DNA from: an uncultured Methanosarcinaceae archaeon
GTDB lineage: Archaea; Halobacteriota; Methanosarcinia; Methanosarcinales; Methanosarcinaceae
Length of the DNA stretch: 64,000 nucleotides
Reading direction: 5' to 3'
Assembly (NCBI GenBank): GCA_963733675.1
Contig: CAVTET010000001.1
Coordinates: 128,001 to 192,000 of the forward strand
Part shown: piece after piece, positions 10,740 to 25,668 of the stretch
How positions within the stretch are numbered: position 1 is the stretch's first letter
Layout: each line of letters opens with the position of its first letter
Position numbers and translations under genes: made by a program
Notes under the pieces: generated by a model
Databases searched by the model: none
Seen by the model: only the letters and a program-made list of their open reading frames with translations
Told to the model about the DNA's origin: nothing

Positions 10740-11605
10740 AAAATATCAAGCAAATCGAAATCTATAATAGTGAACCTTTTCATTCTAAAGGGAATTTTTA
10801 AGTTTCTGTTGTGTATGAAGTAACTAAAACTCAATATATTGATGATGGGATTTATCGAGCTGTTGATGCTGGTATTATAACGATAGTACTGCTGTCAATA
10901 CCAGAGGTAAATCTTTGAAATAAGAACTCTTAGATTAGATCAATATTGGCAACCAAAATTAGATTCTCTAAAGTCTCGAAAAGATCATTTGAAGGACAAA
11001 AGAAATATTCTAAAAAAAATAAAAGATACCTTATACACAAAAGACTTATAAAATGATGAAATAATAAATCCAATCAGTTTAAGGATTTTCAACATAAACT
11101 TTTCCGAAATAATAATTGGTAATACCAAAGCCAATACTCTGATTATAAGATATTTGAAAAGCAAAACATGGCTGAATCTAAAAAATAGAATGGAAAGAGA
11201 ATACATTTTCAAAATAAATCCACTAAGAATCAAGGTTATCTTTTCACGTTCATCATTTTTTAGCTTATAAGTATGAACTTATAGGTAAATATTTGATATA
11301 AATCGATGAAATCTGTACTTTCAGAGAGTTTTATGTTTGTGGGACTAGGAAAGAAATACCTCTTTGGAAAATAACCCTAAATTTAGATTGTGGAAATGTT
11401 ATTAATTTAGATAGGAATAGTTCAATTCATTCATGAAACTTTTCCTACCACAAAGTTCTTTGTAGACAAGCTATCACTATTTTGTGGATAGTCTTCGACA
11501 AATGGTCTTGTTGGTGGTTATAAATCGCATTATTCCTGATAAAATGACTTAAGTACTTGAAGAGCGCTCCTTCCTCGATGCATCAGGGTTGGAGGGAGAG
11601 TTCAC
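10740..11605 (+). pseudogene. tnpB: Second, highly degraded TnpB element with right end
   Basis: Fragments YRAVDAG, IIIGN, Y..E..GK...IDE..T and CG....LDRNSSI; ends CCTTCCTCG..GGAGGGAGAGTTCAC. Confidence 0.7.
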
Positions 11606-11930
11606 TAAATATAGATTCTGGAGTTATATATCCACGTACTGTAGATGTACACAAGAATACCAACCATTTTTTTTCAACATGACAGTAGTTTAAAATTGAT
11701 CTAACTTTCAATGAATAATAGTGGATAGAGAGGTAAACAAATTCCAAATATATGTACATATGCAGAATGTCGGATGTATAATATCATTGATATGTTTTTT
11801 AGTAATATGTTCGTGTAATAATAAGTGCAAAAAAGCAGACTTTTAATATTAACTGACTGAAAAATAGTAAAAAAACAACACCATCAGTACTAATTAAACT
11901 ACTGTTAATTTTAAAAAAAGAGGATCCAAA

Positions 11931-13127
11931 ATGGCCCGAAATATAAAAGTAGAAGAGCTCTTGCAAACTCCGATTGAGAAACAACAAATAGAGCTTGTAG
12001 AACGCAAAGGGATAGGGCATCCTGACAGCATATCAGATGGATTGGCTGAAGCCGTAAGCCGCGCTCTATGCAGGGAATACATCAGCAAATGTGGAGCTGT
12101 ACTTCACCACAACACCGATGAAACTCAGATTGTAGCTGGAAGGTCATGTCCAAGATTCGGAGGTGGGGAAGTACTGCAACCAATATATATTTTACTGGTG
12201 GGCAGAGCCACAAAAGAGTTCGAAAGTATCGAACTTGCTACCGAGTCTGTAGCTCTTCAAGCTGCAAGGAAATATCTTAGGAATACTCTTGTAAACATGG
12301 ACCTTGATAGAGATGTAATCATGGACTGCAAACTCGGAACAGGTTCTTCAGATCTAAGGGATGTATTCAAAAGAGATAGGGTTCCTATTGCAAATGATAC
12401 TTCCTTCGGCGTTGGCCATGCTCCTTTTTCTGAGCTTGAAAGTCTTGTCTACAATACAGAAAGGCAACTTCTCACAGACCTGAAATCACGTATTCCTGGC
12501 ATCGGAGAGGATATGAAGGTCATGGGATTGAGGGATGGGGAAGATATAACCCTTACAATATGTAGTGGCATGATTGGAAAATATATCGACGACTTGAACA
12601 GTTATATAAGTATAACTGAAGAGATGAAAAATTATGTAGGGGAACTTGCAACTCGTTACACTGAACGAGATGTGAAAGTCTTCATTAACGCAGGAGATAG
12701 CCTGGAAACATGTAGTGTTTTCCTCACAGTAACCGGAACTTCAGCTGAAATGGGAGATGACGGTTCCGTTGGGCGCGGAAACCGCTGTAATGGGTTGATA
12801 ACACCAAACAGGCCTATGAGTATGGAAGCTACAAGCGGAAAGAATCCGATCAACCATATAGGGAAAATTTACAACCTTCTAGCGACTCAGATCTCCCGTG
12901 ACATCGTGAAAAAAGTGTCAGGTGTAGAGGAAGTCTATGTTAGATTGCTTTCCCAGATAGGAAAACCAATTGACAAGCCACTTGTGGCAAGTGCTCAGAT
13001 TATCCCAAAAGAAGATACCTCCTTTGAAAAGGTTAAAGCGGAAACTGAAGTTGTGATTGATGACTGGTTTTCCAATGTGACAAAGATTACAGAAATGGTG
13101 ATTAAGGGTGAATTGAATACTTTCTAG
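11931..13127 (+). CDS. mat: Archaeal S-adenosylmethionine synthetase
   Basis: [39 protein letters not shown] and [13 protein letters not shown] motifs. Confidence 0.98.
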   Translation: MARNIKVEELLQTPIEKQQIELVERKGIGHPDSISDGLAEAVSRALCREYISKCGAVLHHNTDETQIVAGRSCPRFGGGEVLQPIYILLVGRATKEFESIELATESVALQAARKYLRNTLVNMDLDRDVIMDCKLGTGSSDLRDVFKRDRVPIANDTSFGVGHAPFSELESLVYNTERQLLTDLKSRIPGIGEDMKVMGLRDGEDITLTICSGMIGKYIDDLNSYISITEEMKNYVGELATRYTERDVKVFINAGDSLETCSVFLTVTGTSAEMGDDGSVGRGNRCNGLITPNRPMSMEATSGKNPINHIGKIYNLLATQISRDIVKKVSGVEEVYVRLLSQIGKPIDKPLVASAQIIPKEDTSFEKVKAETEVVIDDWFSNVTKITEMVIKGELNTF

Positions 13128-13350
13128 ATACGATTTCTCAGTCGAGTATCCAACTACTTTCTGTGGGGGGTAACAACTTCTCAAATAACTGTTATTAACT
13201 AACTTATTTAGATTTTAAGCTATATTTGTTCCATAAAATGAAAATATTTCATGCAAACATTGTGTCCATAAAATAAGATATCAGATATCTTTTTTGTATG
13301 AAATATAGTCAAAAATTTATTTTGGGCAATGAAATCATCAACTATTTTAA

Positions 13351-13441
13351 GAATATTTCGATAAACCGTTTAATTTTATCATATCCTTTTATGTAGGGTA
13401 TATATGTGACTCATGAAATTCAGAGATTTATCAAAATTCTC
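13351..13441. repeat. ~90-bp inverted-end element, copy A
   Basis: GAATATTTCGATAAACC ... GAGATTTATCAAAATTCTC. Confidence 0.6.
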
Positions 13442-14375
13442 TGTAATGTTTGTAATCAATGCTTGTTGTTTTGATAAAATTTTTCTGCCTTTTTTGATTT
13501 ATGCCATGGAGGTCTTTCCAGTAGAAGAAATATCTTTGCTCCTATAGCTTATCTTAAAAGCAGTTATGTTTTGGGATAGAGTCTATATTTTGTGTAATTC
13601 CTAAATCATATCCGTATAACTCTTCTTCAGCAAAATATCACTTAATATAGATTTTGGCTTTTGAATCACTAGTAAATTTAATCGATTTTTAGCCTTTAAT
13701 TGCCAAACATTCTGATTTATTTTAATCCATAAAAAGCTACTCTTGTCGCGAATAACGAACAGATGATTAGGGTTCATGAATCTTTTTTAAAATTCAGCTA
13801 TAAATTCATTGTAAGTTCCTAATTTCTCCTTTTTGATCTAGATTTATATATTATGTCCCGAAACCCTAAATTTTTACTAAGTAGTCAAGTCTTTATTTTG
13901 AAAAAGATATTCTTAATTTCTCTTTGACGAATCGAAGTACGTCTTTTGTTTGTCAAGCCAGATAATCATCTTTACCTGTTGGTCTTGGCTCTGAAAGTAC
14001 GTTCTTAACTCAAAAAGTTGTTCTGCTGTTAAAAGAGGCTTTACCCTTTAACCATGTTTACATTTAATACTGGATAAAGATTTTTTTGTCAGCATGTTTT
14101 ATTCAACGATAAATCTTTAGTAGATAGACTAAAAAATCTTATGCAACTATAGCTGGACTCAAACCATTTTTAGCCAACAATAATGCTTGAGGCTCCACCT
14201 ACTATTTTTTTGTTGCAGGAACTAATTGTTGCCTTGCAATATCATACATAGTGAATATATCAAAGCTCATAATTAATAATTTACCTATCTTATATCTAAG
14301 AAATATAGCATTATATTAAGAATTGACCATAGATCAATTGCAATGTGAAACAGCAATTTCGAATTAAAAACTAAA

Positions 14376-14467
14376 GAGAATTTAGATAAATCCTTGATTT
14401 TTTTAAGTGTAATTTATATTCAATTTATAATTATATGATAAAATTTAGGGGTTTATCGAGAATTTCT
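14376..14467. repeat. ~90-bp inverted-end element, copy B
   Basis: GAGAATTTAGATAAATCC ... GGGGTTTATCGAGAATTTC. Confidence 0.65.
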
Positions 14468-14701
14468 AAATTATTACACAAGGTTGTACACGTGTGGTTT
14501 TTTGATGGAATTATCGGTTTGAATCTATTGCGAAGTCAATAAGAATATTCTATTCAGAATCTTCGTTTACACATCTTTGGGATTTTTTTAGTTTCTAAAT
14601 TAAGACTATCAACCGAAAAAGCGTGAATTTTTAGCCTTTTTTGTTTTTCTCACCTTTCAAGCATTGGAGACTTTCAATATCTTAACATTAATTTTATACT
14701 C

Positions 14702-15010
14702 ATGGAGAATTTTGCTGATTTTACTCGCAAGAAAGAATACAAACGTCTTCATTCAGTTGGAGACAAACTTGTTGAAATTGATTCCTTAAGGATTGGAAAT
14801 CTTATCATATCATTTTTGAGTTTATATTTTTTTACAAAACAAGTTATTGCGACAGATTTGGAGCTGATGCCATCTTCATGTTTTAAATACTTTTTACATC
14901 AATGATATGGTCTTTCGACTTCAAGCTTAAGAAACAAATTGTTGATCGAATTTCTTTCAGAAAATTTCTTGGTTTTCCTGAGTACTCCAGACAGTACCCC
15001 AGTCTGATAA
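14702..15010 (+). pseudogene. IS5-family transposase N-terminal relic
   Basis: MENFADF...EYKRL.SVGDKL.EIDSL, then LSD...KQIVDRISFRKFLGFPE.PDST across frameshifts. Confidence 0.75.
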
Positions 15011-15555
15011 TTAAGAAAAATAATTATTGTATCACTTCAATGGAGATATTTAGGATTCGATAAAACCCATATTTTTCGAATTTATATTATTGTATAATTT
15101 ATTTGTTTATTTGCACAATATATAACATTAAAGACGATGTATAAATGTAAATTTTTCTCATATTGAATTAGAGTGTTATATTTTAGGTATGTTCTCATAA
15201 AAATGTCAAAAATCTATGAAACATATGACATCAAGGTGAATATAAATTAACCTAAACCATATAATCTCATTTTTCAGTCAAAATTTGTTTCTAGTAAATA
15301 TTAGTTTCTTACTTATATTTCGCTATACATTATATTCTCTGAATAATAATACTCTGATGGTACAATTTAAAAACGATTAAACCGGCAAATAATATAGCAC
15401 ATAACTTAACAAATAAACTTCTCTTAAAAAAAGAAAATGGGTAATGTATTGGCAGATTGCTGCTTACTCAGTGAACTTGCTGGTGGAAGTAAATTGGAAC
15501 TCAACAGTCTAAAAAATTGTACAAAACGGAACAAAAGTTCGGAGTGTATACAAAT

Positions 15556-15864
15556 ATGGGGAAACAAAAATTTGACAGAATGAAAAAGACAATTGCCATT
15601 CTACTGGCAGTACTATTTGTAACATCTTTGTCAGCAGTTGCAGCTGTTGCTGACCACGGCGGTCACGGCGGTCACGGCGGCTTTGGCGGCTTTGATGGCG
15701 GCTGGGGAGGACCTGGTTTTGGATGGGGAGGGCCGTTCGGATTTTACCCACCTGCGCCCTATGGCACAGCACCTGGGTCTTGCGCCTGTGGACCTTATGG
15801 ATGCTTCTGTGCTCCTGACTACACATACCTTGTGCAGGCTATCATAGCCGAGAATGGATGGTAA
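15556..15864 (+). CDS. Small secreted Gly/aromatic/Cys-rich protein
   Basis: Signal peptide MGKQKFDRMKKTIAILLAVLFVTSLSAVA; GC-rich coding island in AT-rich DNA; paralogous leader at 37221. Confidence 0.8.
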   Translation: MGKQKFDRMKKTIAILLAVLFVTSLSAVAAVADHGGHGGHGGFGGFDGGWGGPGFGWGGPFGFYPPAPYGTAPGSCACGPYGCFCAPDYTYLVQAIIAENGW

Positions 15865-17428
15865 AAAGTAAGTGGTTGTTTCGGCAATGATCTCGTTAGC
15901 TTATTGCTAGCTAGCCGAACCATGAACTGACCTGTCTAGATGGGTCTAAATTGGCTACGAAATAGGGCTTATGCATTTGAGATACAAAATTCAGTATAAA
16001 TATACGTTGTGATTTGAACTTATATTTTAGACAATCTGATTTTTAATGCTACTGATTTCTTATTTCAACCGCGTAAGTCCTATAAACTATAAAATCGATG
16101 ATAATGCATTACGCATAATCATGAATCGGATTATGGAAATAGAAATCACTTAATATTTTAAGTATCTATCATATATTTTTTCTGGCAGGACCTATTTACT
16201 TGAAGGGAATAATAGAGCACAAGCAAATTGTCATAAATATTATGATTTAGATCGTTGAATATTACGATTTTGATAGTTCATTTAGTTTTTTTGGTCTCAG
16301 CGATTTGTTTCTCAGTTTTAGCTGTGTGAGTACTGCTTTGTTACTAGTTGTTAATCATTTAAGCGATTTGTCAATATATTTCAGATTTATATTTTTAGGT
16401 TTATAGCTTTATTGGATTGAATTACTAGATTTTTAGAGCTCTTGATCCACTATTCTTCTCCAATTCACAAAATAATCTTAATGCCTTCAAATTTCCACTT
16501 TACAAATGAAGATTTGTATTAAAACTATTCTTTCATTTTTTTAATGCTTATTTTAGCTACTTGGTGTTTTTCCGTGAATGTTGACTTTCTTTAGGTCTAT
16601 TTCCCTAGGTTTGCTGCGAGGCTGGAAACTTCCTTTATAAAAATTATTGTTTCACTTCCTTTAAATATACTCCAGGATGCTAGCCATTTTCTCAATATGG
16701 CGGTAGCTTAAAAATGAATCAAATTTTCAATGAATAATTGTGAGCAAATATGCGAACAAATTATTCAAATGTGTACATTTGCAAAATTCCAATTATTAGC
16801 TAACCGACTTATATTTTAAGATACCTTTGCACTATAAATAAACAGATCACTTCCTGATCCCATTATGTCGATAAAGTAATAAACGTCATCTAGTTTTCTT
16901 GTATGAAACATCGTGCCAATTTTTTTGTTATAGTAATCTCATCAACTATTTGAAGCAAATATGCTTTGAAATTGGTAAATGATACTGTTTTGAGTCTAGC
17001 ACAATAGGTAATGATAGTGGTCATATATACCTATTCTTTTTGGGGAACAATAATATTTTCTTGAGATTGATGCTGATTATAAAAATATTACAACAGATTA
17101 AAAATATTACAACACATCACTCTTCAAAGAATACTTTAATTTAAAAACAGTTACTTTGTGGAAAACTGTGAAGTAGTGGAATTTACACTGGAACTGTGAA
17201 CGATGTCCAAACTTCATATTTTATAATAAACTGTGTGAATATCGGGGAACCCAGAAAAAAGAATCATATATCCAAATGAAAATATTTGATTCTAAAAAAT
17301 TCCTCTGCATCCAGAGTAGTTACATACCACGTTGCTTGCTGTGGGTGCGACACCATAACTTTGATTGCATTTTTCTTATCTTATGGTCATTCATTTTTTG
17401 ATCCGTTTGATGTTTTAATAGCATTTCA

Positions 17429-17517
17429 AAGAATTTCGATAAACCTATGATCTTCACTAGTCATTTATATATTAGTTATATACAGATGACAAAATATTGG
17501 GATTTATCAAAATTCTC
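17429..17517. repeat. ~90-bp inverted-end element, copy C
   Basis: AAGAATTTCGATAAACC ... GGGATTTATCAAAATTCTC. Confidence 0.7.
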
Positions 17518-19170
17518 TTCAATGCCGTTAGATCCTTTAATGTCCACTTTGAATCCATAATTTCTGCTTATCTTCCAGATATATTTTTATATTTCATGCT
17601 TCTTCCATCTTCATATACTAATCCACCATGCTATCTGAATAAATTGAAAAAAACATAATGGAGAATCATTCGAATTATCAAACACTCTATTTTCTTAAAA
17701 ACGAGCATTAAAGTTATCAATATAGCAGGCACAAATGATCTAAAAGTACTTTTCAATTTACTTTTTTCTGATTATTGATCTCATCATTAGTTTGAGCAGT
17801 AAGGTTTCCATTGATTTGGTTTTTAAAAACCGTTCCAAAACTAATCAATGAATTGCCATCGAAGGCTCAAATGTAACTTTGATCGCGGAAGCCAAATTGC
17901 CTTTGAGTAATTTCACTGACCAAACAAATTTGGTGGTATAAATTGTCAGAAATATTGAATAACTTTTGTAGTTTTGACGTTCATAAGCGTTTTTTATTGT
18001 TGTATCTTGAGTATAAATATGGTGAATGAAACAACAGAGTTTCCATAGATATGATGACAAAATTTTAAATTTTAAAAGTGTGTTTATATAAAAAAGTGGC
18101 GTTGTTGCATTTGAATCAACAAATGACATTTTGTTTCTGTTTATGATTTGTTGATGCATCATCTTTTTGTTGTCATTGAAAGTGCGCGATATGTGAAGGT
18201 ATTTATACATAGATAAACGCAAATAAATATAGATTACAAAATTATTGCAAAAATTGCATTGAATCAAAGTTTTGGTGTTGAATCCTGCTGCAAGCAATGA
18301 GGTATGTTATCGCCACCACTTTGGTGTGAAAAATACGAATAACTACTCCTAAATAATAATATAATTTTGATCATATATATTTTCTATATTTTTTCTGTGA
18401 TCTTCAACATTTTTTGTAATGACATCGAAGTTGTACCACTATCAACAGTTCCGATATAACCTTCATCATCCACATTTCACCATTTCATAATTGTTTTCAA
18501 TCGCAGGTTGCTATGTGAAAATTTTTCTTGTGTTGACATTTACTAGAGATAATTTATCTCCCCTTCTATTTTCACGAGTTTTTTATATATCATTTTATCA
18601 GAAGATGACTAAATTTAGGTTATTATTGAAGTTCTCTTTGGATTAACATTTACAATGTGTTCACAATATCTTGTCCGGGTTGTAATTGTTTAATTTATTC
18701 ATTTTTTTCTCACTTTTCATTGATTCGTTTCTTCTTTCTGTTATAGTCTTCCACAAAGGATTTATATATTAGATATGCCATCTACAGGCAACGTGCATCA
18801 AAGATTTAGATTTTAAGCATTTTTGTGCTTGAAGTTATTAAGCAAAATCAATGTGTTACTCAATGCTAAGTTCCTGGAAGCTTATGGGAAATTGGATTTT
18901 TGCCGTTGATTATGTGAAATTTTCTGTATTTGAAGATAAATCCAGTGAGAAAAGTTGGATCAACATGAGTGTCAAAGGGCCAATGCTTTGAAACGCCCGC
19001 TTTTGGCGCTATATGCGCCTAAAATCGCACGAAACTGTTTAGGTTTTCGATGAGTCGCGGTTGCAGTTGCTGAATACTGAAGTTTCAAGTAATATTACTG
19101 GTTACTGAGTATGAGATCAGGTTACTGAATGCTGAAGTTTCGAATAAATTGCTATATGTTTCAAATCAGG

Positions 19171-19379
19171 GCTGGATACCTGGATTAGGGTCTGCCAGGG
19201 ATCGTAAATTCGGTCCTTTAAGCGTATGCTTCCTCAGAGACTGGGAGAAAGGGCCGTATGCAGATGCCTGAAGGAATTAGGGTACCGGAAGTGTAAAGCT
19301 CTGGTCTGCTCGAGGCTTTTTTGGCCAGGCAGGTCTGAAAGACATCCCTCCTAATCTGGTAGCGTTTGGGGAATCCAGT
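19171..19379 (+). promoter_or_regulatory. Putative structured RNA in the rpl3 operon leader
   Basis: Non-coding, GC-enriched, with multiple nested complementary stems (see findings). Confidence 0.55.
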
Positions 19380-19454
19380 GCGTTTTTCTTTTGTCACTTT
19401 AGTTGAAGCGACCGGAGGGACTGGTATCTAAATTAAAATTTACGGAGTAGAAAT

Positions 19455-20468
19455 ATGGCAAGCATACACCGACCAAAACGAGGTTCACTCGCATTCAGTC
19501 CGCGAAAAAGGGCAAAAGGCCACATTCCACGGTTCAGGGCCTGGCCGGAGGCTATCGGTGAACCAAGGTTACAGAGTTTTGCAGGGTATAAGGTTGGAAT
19601 GACCCACGTAATCATGGTTGATGATACAAAGAACAGCCTTACACAGGGTATGGAAATCTCTGCAGCGGCGACTGTAATCGAAACTCCTGCAATCAGGGTT
19701 GCAGCCATCCGGGTTTATACAGAAGACAGTATTGGAGAGAGGGCAATCGCTGAAGTGTGGGCCGCAGATCTAGATCCTGAACTTAAGCGTAGGATCAATA
19801 TCCCAGCAGCTGAAAATTTGATTGAAACCCTTGAAACCATTGGGAAAATGATTGAAGAAGGTCATGTGAGCGATATCAGAGCAGTTACCTATACTCTGCC
19901 AAAGAGCCTGACAGGCATTCCCAAGAAAACGCCCGATATCATGGAATCCGGAATCAGTGCAAGGGATCTCAATACTAAATTCGAATACTCAAAGTCAATT
20001 CTTGGCACCCTCATAAGAATTACCGATGTTTTCAAAACTGGAATATTTGTTGATACAGCCGCGATCACCATCGGAAAGGGCACCCAGGGCCCTGTCAAGC
20101 GTTGGGGTATCCAATTGATGAAGGGCAAGCACTCAAGACAGGGTAGCCTGAGGCAGATAGGTACGCTTGGTCCATGGCATCCAGCTCACGTTTCCTGGAG
20201 AGTCCCACAGATGGGTCAGACGGGATATCATCAGAGGACCGAGTTCAACAAGCGCATACTTAAAATCGGATCAAATGGCGCAGAAGTTACTCCTGATGGT
20301 GGTTTCCTCAACTACGGCCTGATCCGAGGAGATTATGTGCTGATCAAGGGTAGTGTTCCCGGACCTTCCAAGAGACTTATCAGACTCCGAGATCCGATTA
20401 GGGCAAAGAAAGTCGACCTTGGAGAACCAAATATCGTTCACATAAGCAGGGAATCCAAACAGGGGTGA
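19455..20468 (+). CDS. rpl3: 50S ribosomal protein L3
   Basis: [25 protein letters not shown] and [10 protein letters not shown] motifs. Confidence 0.99.
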   Translation: MASIHRPKRGSLAFSPRKRAKGHIPRFRAWPEAIGEPRLQSFAGYKVGMTHVIMVDDTKNSLTQGMEISAAATVIETPAIRVAAIRVYTEDSIGERAIAEVWAADLDPELKRRINIPAAENLIETLETIGKMIEEGHVSDIRAVTYTLPKSLTGIPKKTPDIMESGISARDLNTKFEYSKSILGTLIRITDVFKTGIFVDTAAITIGKGTQGPVKRWGIQLMKGKHSRQGSLRQIGTLGPWHPAHVSWRVPQMGQTGYHQRTEFNKRILKIGSNGAEVTPDGGFLNYGLIRGDYVLIKGSVPGPSKRLIRLRDPIRAKKVDLGEPNIVHISRESKQG

Positions 20469-20474
20469 AGTAAA

Positions 20475-21236
20475 ATGGCTAAGGCAAAAACTATAGATCT
20501 TACAGGAAGGGTTATCAGGGAAATTAAACTCCCATCCGTGTTTGATACTGACTATCGCCCTGACTTGATCAAAAAGGCAGTGCTTGCAGCACAAGCAAAT
20601 AGGCTCCAACCCTATGGTCCCCGTCTCTATGCAGGAATGGAAACTTCTGCAAGGTCCTGGGGTTCTGGAAGAGGCGTTGCTCAAATTCCAAGACTTATAA
20701 ACAGCAGTAAAGCTGCAAGAGTCCCGCAAGCAAAAGGCGGAAGAAGGGCCCACCCGCCAAAACCTCAAGCTGACAGGAGAGAGAAGGTCAACACCAAGGA
20801 ACGCCGCTATGCAATCCGCTCTGCAATCGCAGCAACTCGGGATCCTACTCTTGTAAACCTGAGAGGCCATGTATTTGAAGCTGAGCTCCCTATTGTTGCT
20901 GAAAAAACGCTTGAAGATCTGGTTAAAACAAAGCAGGTAATAGACTTCCTGCGAGTTGTTGGAGTCTACGAAGACGTAATAAGGGCAAAATATGGAAGAC
21001 ATATCAGAGCTGGTCGCGGGAAGCTCAGAGGCCGGAAATACAAACATAAAAAGAGCATCCTGATTGTTGCAGGGGAATCTTCCCCTATACTGAAGGCTGC
21101 GAGAAACTTATCTGGGGTAGACGTCACAACAGTAAATTCACTGAATGCCGAACTTCTTGCACCTGGCACTCATGCGGGACGCCTTACTATCTGGACAGAA
21201 TCTGCAATTGAGAAACTGGAGGCCGTATTCGAATGA
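20475..21236 (+). CDS. rpl4: 50S ribosomal protein L4
   Basis: [17 protein letters not shown] and [12 protein letters not shown] motifs. Confidence 0.99.
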   Translation: MAKAKTIDLTGRVIREIKLPSVFDTDYRPDLIKKAVLAAQANRLQPYGPRLYAGMETSARSWGSGRGVAQIPRLINSSKAARVPQAKGGRRAHPPKPQADRREKVNTKERRYAIRSAIAATRDPTLVNLRGHVFEAELPIVAEKTLEDLVKTKQVIDFLRVVGVYEDVIRAKYGRHIRAGRGKLRGRKYKHKKSILIVAGESSPILKAARNLSGVDVTTVNSLNAELLAPGTHAGRLTIWTESAIEKLEAVFE

Positions 21237-21481
21237 GTTCCATTGACTATCCTTTTGTTACTGAAAAAGCGATGATGTTGCTTGATGAAAACAAGCTCCA
21301 GTTTGTTGTTAACACCAGGTCAAACAAAAAGCAGATCGTAGAGGATGTTGAAAAGCTGTATGGATTCAAGGTAAAGTCCATACGTACAATGACCACCATG
21401 AAGGGGACGAAAAAAGCAATCTTGGCATTCGAAGAGCCTGAGTCAGCACACGAGATTGCAACCCGGATAGGACTCTTGTGA
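21233..21481 (+). CDS. rpl23: 50S ribosomal protein L23
   Basis: [15 protein letters not shown]; operon position. Confidence 0.98.
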   Translation: MSSIDYPFVTEKAMMLLDENKLQFVVNTRSNKKQIVEDVEKLYGFKVKSIRTMTTMKGTKKAILAFEEPESAHEIATRIGLL

Positions 21482-21488
21482 GGTGTGA

Positions 21489-22208
<720 letters not shown>

Positions 22209-22211
22209 TGA

Positions 22212-22634
<423 letters not shown>

Positions 22635-22639
22635 GGTGA

Positions 22640-23100
<461 letters not shown>

Positions 23101-23101
<1 letters not shown>

Positions 23102-24039
23102 TGGCAATAGAAAAAAAGTTCGTTAATGATGGGTATGTCAAGGCTTCCATGGGCGAGTATTTTGCAGAGCAGCTGAACAGGGCTGGATACGGTGGTATGG
23201 AGCTTAACAGGACCCCAATGGGCACCCAGATTATTATTTATTCCGAAAAGCCGGGGATGGTAATCGGAAAGGCCGGAAAGGTTATTCGAAAGCTTACTCG
23301 GGACGTTGCAATCAAATACAACCTTGAAAATCCGCAGATTGATGCCCAAGAAGTCAAGAGACCTGAACTTAATGCCCAGATGATGGCTTCAAGACTCGCA
23401 GCTTCAATTGAGAGAGGTTGGTACTTCAGGAAAGCTGGGCACAACACTCTCCGTGCAGTTATGAATGCAGGTGCTCTTGGATGTGAAGTTGTAATCTCAG
23501 GAAAGCTTACAGGTGCTAGGTCCAGAGTTGAAAAATTCATTAATGGATACATAAAGCACTCCGGAAACCCTGTTGAAGAGGTAGTAGACGAAGGGTTTGC
23601 AGTAGCAATCAAAAAGCTCGGGACTCTTGGCTGCAAAGTCCGGATCATTCAGCCAGGTGTTGTCCTGCCTGATTCATACAGGATCAAGGAGTTAAATGAA
23701 ATTGTCACTGAGCAGCCAGCCAAAATACCCGTCGAAAAACCGGCTGAGAAATCCGCTGAGGCTCCTAAAAAAGAACGCGCAGCAAAACCCAAAGCTCCTG
23801 CAGCAGCATCCGAAAAAGCAGTCGAAAAAGTAGTAGAGGAAATTGAAGTTGCAGAGCTTGAAGAAGCTGAAGAAGAACCCCAGGTTGAGGCGTCCGAAGA
23901 CTCTGAAGAAGCTGAACTTATTTATGTAGAGGGCTCGGAAGAAGTCCGCAGACAAGTCAATGGTGTCTGGCAGCATAAGCATGAGAGCTATGATTATTGG
24001 CATCCTATGGCACGGGTTCACAAGGAGGCTAAGGAATAA
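23101..24039 (+). CDS. rps3: 30S ribosomal protein S3 with long C-terminal extension
   Basis: [12 protein letters not shown] motif and [10 protein letters not shown]. Confidence 0.99.
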
Positions 24040-24243
24040 ATGGCAATTCTTAAAATCAACGAAATCCGGGCCATGACAATTGACGAAAGGGCTGACGAAT
24101 TTGAGACCCTTAAAAACGAGCTCGTCAGGGAACGTGCCCTTACTTCTGCAGGAGGGTCTCCAGATAATCCAGGCCGAATCGGAGAGATTAGAAGAACGAT
24201 TGCTCGGATAAAGACAATTCAGCATGAGCTACATGAAATCTAA
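24040..24243 (+). CDS. rpl29: 50S ribosomal protein L29
   Basis: [17 protein letters not shown]. Confidence 0.97.
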   Translation: MAILKINEIRAMTIDERADEFETLKNELVRERALTSAGGSPDNPGRIGEIRRTIARIKTIQHELHEI

Positions 24244-24565
24244 AGTGGAAATTATACCTTCGACCCTCATCTACCACGAATTGATAGGGCTTGAGATTAA
24301 GTTGATTCATTCCACTAATCCAGTACTAACAGGAATCCATGGACGAGTAATAAATGAAACAAAGAATATGTTGATCATAGAAAACTCAAAGTCCAGGGAA
24401 CTGAAAATTCCAAAGGCGGATTCGGAATTTCTCTTTCGAATCCCTGCCGAGCTCTCAGAAAAAGGCCGTAGATTCGATGAATTCGTCAAAATTCAGGGAA
24501 ACCTGTTGCTATCACAACCCGAAAATCGGATCAAGAACATCAAAAAATTACGTAAATGGGGCTAA
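24233..24565 (+). CDS. rnp1: Ribonuclease P protein component 1 (Rpp29)
   Basis: [17 protein letters not shown] and PENRI motifs; canonical position between rpl29 and rps17. Confidence 0.95.
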   Translation: MKSKVEIIPSTLIYHELIGLEIKLIHSTNPVLTGIHGRVINETKNMLIIENSKSRELKIPKADSEFLFRIPAELSEKGRRFDEFVKIQGNLLLSQPENRIKNIKKLRKWG

Positions 24566-24569
24566 ACTC

Positions 24570-25294
<725 letters not shown>

Positions 25295-25304
25295 GGTAGC
25301 GACT

Positions 25305-25664
25305 ATGGTGTCTAAACAGCCCAGAAAACAGAGAAAGGCAAGATACAGCGCGTCTCTCCACGTCAGGCAGAGATTAATGGGTGCGAGGTTAAGTGAAGAA
25401 CTTTCTAAGGAGTATGGTACAAGAAGCGCTGCAGTCATTAAAGGAGACACTGTAAAGGTCATGCGTGGAAACTTCAAGAACACTGAAGGAAAAGTCCAGG
25501 TTGTTTCCCTTAAGGACGGCACTATTTGTGTGGACAGGGTAATTTCCACCAAGGTGGATGGCACTGAAGTCCCAAGACCTATCTCCCCCTCCAACGTTAG
25601 GATCACAAAACTGGAAATGAAGGACGGGCGCAGAGCATCAAGCATTAAGAAGCGGGACAGGTGA
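25305..25664 (+). CDS. rpl24: 50S ribosomal protein L24
   Basis: SKQPRKQRK and [10 protein letters not shown] motifs. Confidence 0.98.
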   Translation: MVSKQPRKQRKARYSASLHVRQRLMGARLSEELSKEYGTRSAAVIKGDTVKVMRGNFKNTEGKVQVVSLKDGTICVDRVISTKVDGTEVPRPISPSNVRITKLEMKDGRRASSIKKRDR

Positions 25665-25668
25665 TTTT

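Noticed and set aside
13900-14130. Possible IS630-like transposase fragment (LTAEQL.EL...DV..FVKEK)
   Set aside because: Too short and broken to support as a feature.
17845-18297. 150-aa minus-strand ORF
   Set aside because: No recognisable motif; probably a mixed-frame remnant of a decayed gene that I could not identify.
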